Shown here: positions 57,428-64,000 of the stretch, piece after piece
Numbering within the stretch: position 1 is the stretch's first letter
How the letters are laid out: every line of letters begins with the position of its first letter
Assembly: GCA_963736255.1 (NCBI GenBank)
Contig: CAVTOI010000003.1
Location: 1,300,400 to 1,364,399 of the forward strand
Reading direction: 5' to 3'
Length of the DNA stretch: 64,000 nt
From: Candidatus Aminicenantes bacterium
GTDB taxonomy: Bacteria; Acidobacteriota; Aminicenantia; Aminicenantales; Saccharicenantaceae
Program-made: the position numbers and the translations under genes
The notes under the pieces: model-generated
The model's input: the letters and a program-made list of their open reading frames with translations, nothing else
Told to the model about the DNA's origin: nothing
The model's database searches: none

Positions 57428-59209
57428 ATGAGCGACACGATGTTCACCGTCGAGATACTGCCCGAGGGGACGAAGGTCAGGGCCCGGGCCGGAGACGTCC
57501 TGGCCGACATCCTCGTCAGGGCCGGCATCCCGCTCAGCCTCTATTGCCACCAGAGGGGCGTTTGCGGCAAATGCGCCGTCCGCATCCTCAGCGGCCCCCT
57601 CCCCTTCCCCGCCGCGCTCGAAGCGACCCTCCTGGAGAGACGCGGTTTGGGCCCCGACCACCGTCTCGCCTGCCTCTACGTCGTCCGCAGCGACGTCACC
57701 GTCGAAACGCTGCCGGGCTCGCGGCTGGAGAAGGTCGCCGTTCTCGACACAGGGCTGCCGTCGGCCGCGTTCGTCGATCCGGCAGTCAAGAAGCTCTCCG
57801 TCGTCCTGCAGAAGCCGTCGCTCTATGCACCGGTCGCCGTGGCCGATTCCCTCCGGGCCCAGCTCAGATCCCCCGACCTCGTGATGACCTTGGCCGCCTT
57901 GTCGAAGCTCGGCGGGTCGATCCTCGGCCCGTCCCACCCCGTCGCCGCCGTCCTCTACGACGACCGCGAGGTCCTCGATATCGAGCCGGACGAGCCCGGG
58001 CGTGAGGCGTTCGGGCTGGCCATCGACCTGGGCACGACGACAGTTGCGGCCGAGCTCGTGGACCTGCAGACCGGGCGGATCGCCGACCGGGCCGCCGCTG
58101 TCAACGCCCAGAACTCCTACGGCGCCGACGTCGTCTCCCGCATCACCTTCGCGTTCGAGAACCCCGACAACCTCAGGCGCCTGAAGGGGGCGGCCGTCCA
58201 GCTTATCAACGACCTCGTCGGCTCGATGTGCCGGCGGAGCGGCGTGCCCCGGCACAGGATCTACGACGCCGTCGTGGCCGGAAATGCGGCCATGAACCAC
58301 ATCCTCTGCGGCGTCGCCGTCGATTCGCTGGCCCTGGCGCCCTTCCATGCCGTGTTCTCGAAGCTGCCGCCGCTCGCGGCTGCCGAGATCGGCTTCGCGC
58401 TCCATCCGCAGGCCCGCGTCTACATCTCGCCGAACATCAAGAGTTTCGTCGGCGGCGACATCACGGCCGGGCTCGTGGCCTCGTCGTTCGCGGCGGAGCC
58501 GGGGGCGGGTCTGTTCATCGACCTCGGTACGAACGGCGAGATCGTGCTCAAGAAGGGCGGCGAGTTCGCCGCCACGTCGACGGCTGCCGGGCCGGCCTTC
58601 GAAGGCATGAACATCAGCTGTGGCATGCTGGCCGTGCCGGGGGCCATCCATAAGGCCGAGTGGGACAACGGCTTCAAGTGCCGCACGGTCGATGACCTGC
58701 CGCCTCAAGGCGTCTGCGGGACGGGGCTCATCGACATCCTCGCCGGTGCCCTCGCCCGCGGCCTCCTCGGCCGCGACGGCCGGATCGCCGGCCCGGAGAA
58801 GCGCATCCGCCTGACCGACCGTTTGGCCCTGACCCAGCAGGATATCCGGGACGTCCAGCTGGCCGTTGCCGCGGTCCGGAGCGGGGTGCGGCTCATGCTC
58901 CGCGAATTCCGCCTGACCGTCGCCGAGCTCGATCGTGTCGTCGTCGCCGGTGCCTTCGGCAGCTCGCTCGACATCGGCAACGCCGTTGCCCTGGGGCTGC
59001 TTCCGGACGTGCCCCCCGACAGGATCGCCTTCATCGGCAACGCGTCCCTGGCCGGGGCCCGGCTTCTTCTGCTCTCCCGCCCGGCCCGATCGGTCGCGGA
59101 GACGCTGGCGGCCAAGGTCTCCCATATCTCCCTGGCCACCCGGCCTGATTTCCAGGAGGAGTTCGTTCGGTCCCTCGAATTCAACAGCTATCCGAAAGAA
59201 GAGAAATGA
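57428..59209 (+). CDS. Corrinoid reductive activase (RamA/RACo-like): N-terminal [2Fe-2S] ferredoxin domain plus ASKHA ATPase (DUF4445)
   Basis: CHQRGVCGKCAV ... C motif of plant-type ferredoxin; ASKHA motifs (AIDLGTTTV, DLGTNGEIV, GTGLID). Confidence 0.8.
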   Translation: MSDTMFTVEILPEGTKVRARAGDVLADILVRAGIPLSLYCHQRGVCGKCAVRILSGPLPFPAALEATLLERRGLGPDHRLACLYVVRSDVTVETLPGSRLEKVAVLDTGLPSAAFVDPAVKKLSVVLQKPSLYAPVAVADSLRAQLRSPDLVMTLAALSKLGGSILGPSHPVAAVLYDDREVLDIEPDEPGREAFGLAIDLGTTTVAAELVDLQTGRIADRAAAVNAQNSYGADVVSRITFAFENPDNLRRLKGAAVQLINDLVGSMCRRSGVPRHRIYDAVVAGNAAMNHILCGVAVDSLALAPFHAVFSKLPPLAAAEIGFALHPQARVYISPNIKSFVGGDITAGLVASSFAAEPGAGLFIDLGTNGEIVLKKGGEFAATSTAAGPAFEGMNISCGMLAVPGAIHKAEWDNGFKCRTVDDLPPQGVCGTGLIDILAGALARGLLGRDGRIAGPEKRIRLTDRLALTQQDIRDVQLAVAAVRSGVRLMLREFRLTVAELDRVVVAGAFGSSLDIGNAVALGLLPDVPPDRIAFIGNASLAGARLLLLSRPARSVAETLAAKVSHISLATRPDFQEEFVRSLEFNSYPKEEK

Positions 59210-60099
59210 CCCATCCGCTTCTCTCCCTCGCCCGGACAAGGACCGTCCTTTTCGACGGCGCCCTGGGCACGGAGCTCATGGCCCGGGGCCTCGACCGGGG
59301 CGCCGCCCCGGAGCTCTGGAACATCGACCGGCCGGACGCCGTCCGGGAAGTCCACGCGGCCTATTTCGCGGCCGGGGCCGATATCGTCTCCACGAACAGC
59401 TTCGGCGGCACGCCGATCAGGCTGGCGGCCCACGGGCTCGAGGCCCGCGCCTTCGAATTGAACCGCGCCGCGGCCCGCCTCGCGCGCGAGACCGCCCCGG
59501 CCGGGGGCTTCGTGGCCGGTAGCATGGGCCCGACCGGAATATTCCTGTCGCCCCAAGGCCCTGCGACCGAGGCCGGGCTCGTCGCGGCCTACGCCGAGCA
59601 GGCCCGCGGGCTCGCGGCGGGCGGGGTCGATCTCTTCATCATCGAGACCCAGTACGACTTGCGAGAAGCACTGGCTGCCCTGAAGGGCGCGCAGAGCGTT
59701 TCGCGGCTGCCCGTATTCGTCACGCTGACGTTCAGCGCCTTCCCGCGCGGCTATTTCACCATCATGGGCGATCCTGCCGCCCGATCGGCCGCGGAAGCGG
59801 AAAAGGCCGGCGCCGCCGCGGTCGGGGCCAACTGCAACTTGACGAGCGAGCAAATGGTCGGCTGCGTCAAAGCCATCCGGGCGGCCACGTCCCTTCCGGT
59901 CGTCGCCCAGGCCAACGCCGGACAACCCGTCCCGGCGTCGGACGGGACCGTCGGCTATTCCCAGACGCTCGAGGACTTCGTCCGATTCGTACCCGGGACC
60001 GTCGCGGCCGGCGCCGGCTTCGTCGGCGGCTGCTGCGGAACGAACCCGGAGACTATCCGGGCCATGGCCCGGATCATCCGCCGTGAGGAGAAATCATGA
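59206..60099 (+). CDS. Homocysteine S-methyltransferase-domain protein (MetH N-terminal-like, Zn/thiol type); candidate methylcorrinoid:acceptor methyltransferase (MT2)
   Basis: Pfam S-methyl_trans-like architecture with zinc ligands GANCN and GGCCGT (FVGGCCGTNPETIRAM); translationally coupled to ramA (upstream) and the corrinoid protein (downstream). Confidence 0.75.
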   Translation: MTHPLLSLARTRTVLFDGALGTELMARGLDRGAAPELWNIDRPDAVREVHAAYFAAGADIVSTNSFGGTPIRLAAHGLEARAFELNRAAARLARETAPAGGFVAGSMGPTGIFLSPQGPATEAGLVAAYAEQARGLAAGGVDLFIIETQYDLREALAALKGAQSVSRLPVFVTLTFSAFPRGYFTIMGDPAARSAAEAEKAGAAAVGANCNLTSEQMVGCVKAIRAATSLPVVAQANAGQPVPASDGTVGYSQTLEDFVRFVPGTVAAGAGFVGGCCGTNPETIRAMARIIRREEKS

Positions 60100-60749
60100 T
60101 CAAGAACGAGATCTTTGCCAAGATGACCGAGGCCATCGTCGCCGGGGACCGGAAAGCCGCCCGCGCCCTTGCCGAGGAAGCGGTGCGCTCGGGGCTCGAC
60201 CTCCCCGAGGTCGTGGAGAAGGGCTATGTCCCCGGCATCCAAAAGGTCGGGGAGCTCTGGGAGCAGGGCGAGTACTTCCTGCCCGAGCTCATCACCAGCG
60301 CGGAGGCCATGAAAGCGGCCATGGCGGTCCTCGAGCCCGAGCTCAACCGCAAAGGGGTCGGCGCCCGGATGGGCGGCAAGATCGTCATCGGGACCGTCGA
60401 GGGCGACATCCACGACATCGGCAAGAACCTCGTCGCGTCCATGCTCCAGGCCGGCGGCTTCGAGGTCTTCGACCTGGGCGCCGACGTCAAGCTCGAGAAG
60501 TTCATCGAGACGGCCGAGGCGGTGGGCGCCGGCATGATCTGCCTGTCCGCCCTGCTGACGACGACCATGGTCGGCCAGCGGCGGTTCATCGCCCTCCTTC
60601 GCGACAAGGGCCTTCGGGACAAGTACAGGGTTCTCGTGGGCGGCGCCCCGGCCAGCGGGAAGTGGGCCGAGGAGATCGGTGCGGACGGTTACGCCGAGAA
60701 CGCCGTCGCCGCCGTCAAGCTGGCCAAATCACTGGCCGGGCATTCCTGA
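60096..60749 (+). CDS. B12-binding corrinoid protein (MtmC/MtbC/MttC/MtgC family)
   Basis: N-terminal B12-binding_2 helical cap plus Rossmann B12-binding domain with DxHxxG (GDIHDIGKN) and downstream S/T..L..G motifs. Confidence 0.85.
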   Translation: MIKNEIFAKMTEAIVAGDRKAARALAEEAVRSGLDLPEVVEKGYVPGIQKVGELWEQGEYFLPELITSAEAMKAAMAVLEPELNRKGVGARMGGKIVIGTVEGDIHDIGKNLVASMLQAGGFEVFDLGADVKLEKFIETAEAVGAGMICLSALLTTTMVGQRRFIALLRDKGLRDKYRVLVGGAPASGKWAEEIGADGYAENAVAAVKLAKSLAGHS

Positions 60750-60792
60750 GACCGCCCGGCGCGACGTCATTGACGATGTGAAAGGTGCGGAG

Positions 60793-62262
60793 ATGATCGA
60801 GACAAAAAGACCGAAGCTGGAGCTCCTGTCCCCTGCTCTCGTCGAGCAGATCGTCGATGAAGGGCTGACCATCCTCGAAAAGCACGGCGTCATGGTCGAG
60901 AACGCCGAGGCGCTGGGCCTTCTCGCGGGCGCGGGGGCCGACGTCGATCTCGGCTCGGAGCGCGTCCGGATCGGCCGCAAGCTCGTCCAGGATTGCCTGG
61001 CGACGACCCCGGCCTCCGTCGCGCTTTACGACCGGGAGGGAAGCCGGGCCTTTACCGTCGGCGGGGACGAGGTCCATTTCGACCCGGGCTCGGCCGCCGT
61101 GACCCTACTCGACCATGCCACCCAAGCGGAGCGCAAGGCCACGACGGCCGACGTCGTCGACATGTACAAGCTCGTCGAGACCCTGGAGCACATCCACTTC
61201 CAGAGCACGGCCCTCATCGCCTCCGACGTTCCGGGCGCAGTCGCCGACGCCTTCCGCCTCTACCTCGGCCTGCTCCTGTCCGAGAAGCCTTTCGTCACCG
61301 GGACCTTCCGGGTCGAGGGCTTCGGGCCGATGAAGGACCTCCTCGCTGCGGTGCGCGGCGGAGAGGGGGCGCTCAGGGCCAAGCCGCTGGCTATCTTCGA
61401 CGCCTGCCCCTCCCCTCCCCTCAAGTGGAGCAACCTGACGACCCAGAGCCTGATCGATGCGGCCCGGGCCGGCATCCCGTCCGAGCTCATCTCGATGGGC
61501 ATGACGGGGGCGACCTCTCCGACGACGATCGCCGGGACCCTCGTCCAGCACGTGGCCGAGAACCTGTCCGGGCTGGTCATCGGCCAGCTGGCCGGCCGCG
61601 GCGCGCCGGTCATCTTCGGCGGCTCGCCGTCGAGCTTCGACATGCGGAAAGGCACGACCCCCATGGGCGCGATGGAAACGATGATGATCGACGCCGCCTA
61701 TGCCCAGATCGGCAAGTTCCTGAAGCTGCCGACGCACGCCTACATGGCGCTGAGCGACGCCAAGGTCAATGACCCTCAAGCCGGCTTCGAGACGGCCCTT
61801 GGCGCGGTCCTCGGCGCCCTGGCCGGCGTCAACGTCATCTCGGGGCCGGGCATGCTCGATTACGAGAGCAGCATGAGCCTGGAAAAGCTGGCCATCGACG
61901 ACGGCATCTGCGCCATGGTCTACCGCCTGCTCGACGGCATCGCCCAGCGGGACGACCCCATCGCGCTGGGCGCTTTCGAGGGCTTTGTGCCGGGGATGTC
62001 TTTCCTCACCCATCCCCATACCCGCCAGTGGTACAAGAAGGAGCACATCGGCGCCGGGCTCGCGGACAGAGATAACTACCAGGCCTGGGTCGCGGCCGGC
62101 CGGACCTCGATCGTCGACAAGGCCCATGCCGACGTCGGCCGGCGCCTTGGAAAATATGCCGCTCCTCCGCTCGACGAGGCCGTCCGGAAAGAGCTCGATC
62201 GCATCATGGGCGACTACGGCCGGGTTTCGGGCGCCGGCGACTGGAAGCTGCCCGTTCTCTAA
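60793..62262 (+). CDS. MttB-superfamily (trimethylamine methyltransferase family) substrate:corrinoid methyltransferase, non-pyrrolysine type (MT1)
   Basis: 489-aa TIM-barrel MttB-family protein (MIETKRPKLELLSPALVEQIVDEGLTILEKHGV...); no in-frame amber codon; the table ORF from 60679 includes upstream junk. Confidence 0.85.
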   Translation: MIETKRPKLELLSPALVEQIVDEGLTILEKHGVMVENAEALGLLAGAGADVDLGSERVRIGRKLVQDCLATTPASVALYDREGSRAFTVGGDEVHFDPGSAAVTLLDHATQAERKATTADVVDMYKLVETLEHIHFQSTALIASDVPGAVADAFRLYLGLLLSEKPFVTGTFRVEGFGPMKDLLAAVRGGEGALRAKPLAIFDACPSPPLKWSNLTTQSLIDAARAGIPSELISMGMTGATSPTTIAGTLVQHVAENLSGLVIGQLAGRGAPVIFGGSPSSFDMRKGTTPMGAMETMMIDAAYAQIGKFLKLPTHAYMALSDAKVNDPQAGFETALGAVLGALAGVNVISGPGMLDYESSMSLEKLAIDDGICAMVYRLLDGIAQRDDPIALGAFEGFVPGMSFLTHPHTRQWYKKEHIGAGLADRDNYQAWVAAGRTSIVDKAHADVGRRLGKYAAPPLDEAVRKELDRIMGDYGRVSGAGDWKLPVL

Positions 62263-62454
62263 GGTGCATCTCTCATTTCCGGGAGTCGCTCTCGAGGCTG
62301 CGACGGATGTCGCTCCAAGCCCCCGTGAGGGAAGGGGGACCCGCCGAAGGCGGGGGAAACCGTATAAGGAGGTTTCCGGGGCGCGGGGGCAAGGAGCGAT
62401 ATCCGAAGCGATGCCGAAGAGAAGGGACTCCCGGAATCGGGAGATGAACCTATT

Positions 62455-63855
62455 TTAGTCCAGGTCCCAGACTTCAAGGTATTCCGGGACTTCGACCGTC
62501 CAGCTCCGTTCCTTGCGGACGCGCTCGGCCAGATTCGCGGCCACATCCGCGTCGCCGTGAGTGACGAAGAGCCGCTTGGGCGGGCTCTTGAACCCGTCCA
62601 GCCAGCGGGAGAGCCCCCGGCAGTCGGCGTGGGCTGAGAAACCGTTGATCTTGGCCACCTTGGCCCTGACGGGGAGCGTCTGGCCGAGGATGCGGATCTC
62701 CTGCGCGCCCTCGAGGATCTGCCGGCCCAGGGTATCCCGGGCCTGGTAGCCGACGAAAAGGATGGTCGATTCGGGCCGGCCGATGTTCCGGGCGAGATGG
62801 TGCTTGATCCGCCCTCCCGTGACCATGCCCGATCCGGCCATGATCACGGCCGGGCCGCGGGCCGAATTGATGGCCTTGGATTGCTCGGGCGTGCGGACGA
62901 TGGTCAGTCCGGGAAAACGGAAGGGGCTCCGGCCCGAGGCGACCAGCCGGCGGGCCTCCTCGTCGTAGAACTCGTCGTGGCGCTCGAAGGCCTGGGTGAC
63001 CTCGCGGGCCATGGGGCTGTCGAGATAGACGGGCAGCGGCGGGATGGCCTGGCTGTAGACGAGCCGGCTGAGGTGGAACATCAGGTCCTGGGCCCGCTCG
63101 ATGGCGAAGGTCGGGATGATGACGTTGCCTCCCGCCGCGGCCGTTTCGCGGATCGTCCGGCCGAGCAGTTCGTCGATGCGGTCCCGGTCCTCGTGCTCTC
63201 TGTCGCCGTAGGTCGATTCCATGACGACGTAATCGGCCTTCGCGAAAAGCGAGGGATCGCAGACAAAGGGCATGTCCCATTGGCCGATGTCGCCTGAAAA
63301 GACGAATGTCCGCGTCTTCGCGCCGTCCCGCAGGGTCAGCTCGACCATGGCCGAGCCGAGAATGTGGCCCGCGTCGAGGAAGCGGACCGAAGCCGACCGG
63401 CCCAGGTCGTAGGGCTCATCGTAGGCCACCTCATCGACAAGCGGCATGGCGGCCTGGACGTCCTCCGTGGTGTAGAGCGGGATGACCGGGTGGTCCACGG
63501 TCCTCCCCTCCTTCGCGTGGCGCCGCCGCTTGAAGGCCGCGTCCTCTTCCTGGATGTCCGCGGCGTCCATGAGCGCGATGGACAGGATGTCGGCGGTCGC
63601 GGCCGTCGTCAGGATCGTCCCCGAGAAGCCCTCGGCGACGAGCCGGGGAATGAGGCCGCTGTGGTCCAAGTGGGCATGGGTGAGGAGAAGGAAATCGAGG
63701 TCCTCGGGCGCGACGGGAAAAGGGTCCCAGTTGCGGCTAAGCAGCGATCGCTCCTGATAGAGCCCACAGTCGACGAGGACGCGGAGGCCGTCGGTCTCGA
63801 TGAAGTACGATGACCCCGTGACCTGTCGGGCGGCCCCCAGGAATGCCAGCTTCAT
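62455..63855 (-). CDS. MBL-fold beta-CASP ribonuclease (RNA-metabolising metallo-beta-lactamase)
   Basis: HAHLDHSG motif, beta-CASP and RMMBL C-terminal motifs (…NGFSAHAD…); RBS AGGAGG. Confidence 0.8.
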   Translation of the reverse strand: MKLAFLGAARQVTGSSYFIETDGLRVLVDCGLYQERSLLSRNWDPFPVAPEDLDFLLLTHAHLDHSGLIPRLVAEGFSGTILTTAATADILSIALMDAADIQEEDAAFKRRRHAKEGRTVDHPVIPLYTTEDVQAAMPLVDEVAYDEPYDLGRSASVRFLDAGHILGSAMVELTLRDGAKTRTFVFSGDIGQWDMPFVCDPSLFAKADYVVMESTYGDREHEDRDRIDELLGRTIRETAAAGGNVIIPTFAIERAQDLMFHLSRLVYSQAIPPLPVYLDSPMAREVTQAFERHDEFYDEEARRLVASGRSPFRFPGLTIVRTPEQSKAINSARGPAVIMAGSGMVTGGRIKHHLARNIGRPESTILFVGYQARDTLGRQILEGAQEIRILGQTLPVRAKVAKINGFSAHADCRGLSRWLDGFKSPPKRLFVTHGDADVAANLAERVRKERSWTVEVPEYLEVWDLD

Positions 63856-63863
63856 GACGCCTC

Positions 63864-64000
63864 CTAGTAGGGGTGGGATCGGTAGAATTCCGCCTGGGAT
63901 GCGACGAAGACGTTCCGGACCCAGATCCGGAAGAGGACGTAGATCTGCATCAGGACGAGACCGGCGACGACCTGGGGGACGCCGGGGGTGCCGAAGAGAC
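63864..64000 (-). CDS. Hypothetical membrane protein, C-terminal fragment (rest beyond window end)
   Basis: Minus-strand frame open from the window end to stop at 63864-63866: ...LFGTPGVPQVVAGLVLMQIYVLFRIWVRNVFVASQAEFYRSHPY*. Confidence 0.35.
   Translation of the reverse strand, partial: LFGTPGVPQVVAGLVLMQIYVLFRIWVRNVFVASQAEFYRSHPY

Noticed and set aside
1-64000. CRISPR arrays, rRNA genes, intact IS/transposase or integrase genes, restriction-modification or toxin-antitoxin pairs
   Set aside because: No regularly spaced direct repeats, no rRNA-like conserved stretches, and no transposase/integrase/RM/TA domain signatures were recognisable in any frame. The only mobile-type traces are the gemA-like gene and its remnant, and the group I intron.

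Overview
High-GC (~65%) bacterial chromosomal segment, densely coding and mostly housekeeping; many neighbouring genes overlap by 1-4 nt, consistent with operons. It carries two Hsp70 chaperone loci under different repressors: (i) a strong sigma70 promoter driving dnaK-dnaJ-hspR, followed by a sigma-70-family factor and a DnaC/IstB-like ATPase; (ii) hrcA-grpE-dnaK(short)-dnaJ followed by a frameshifted rsmE. Other housekeeping genes include cysS, alaS, ilvE, pilT, tig, lon, rho, folK and parAB, plus a lysine/saccharopine pair and a Ku-LigD NHEJ module with a GemA-like gene. The stand-out features are: (a) a tRNA-Asn(GUU) gene interrupted in the anticodon loop by a ~247-nt group I intron with recognisable P1, P2 and P7 (R/S) elements; (b) a complete non-pyrrolysine MttB-superfamily corrinoid methyltransferase operon (transporter, RamA-like activase, Zn/thiol MT2, B12-binding corrinoid protein, MttB-family MT1) of unknown substrate; (c) a ~3-kb accessory segment flanked by ~80-nt direct repeats derived from the 3' end of a gemA-like gene; (d) three genes with frameshift-type disruptions (rsmE, an Asp racemase, an F420-type NADP oxidoreductase); (e) a conserved terminator-associated ~50-nt repeat; and (f) two AT-rich non-coding tracts around parAB. 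A tRNA-Leu(UAG) is also present. Many long ORFs in the six-frame track run antisense to real genes and are high-GC artefacts. Coordinates derived from hand counting may be off by 1 nt.
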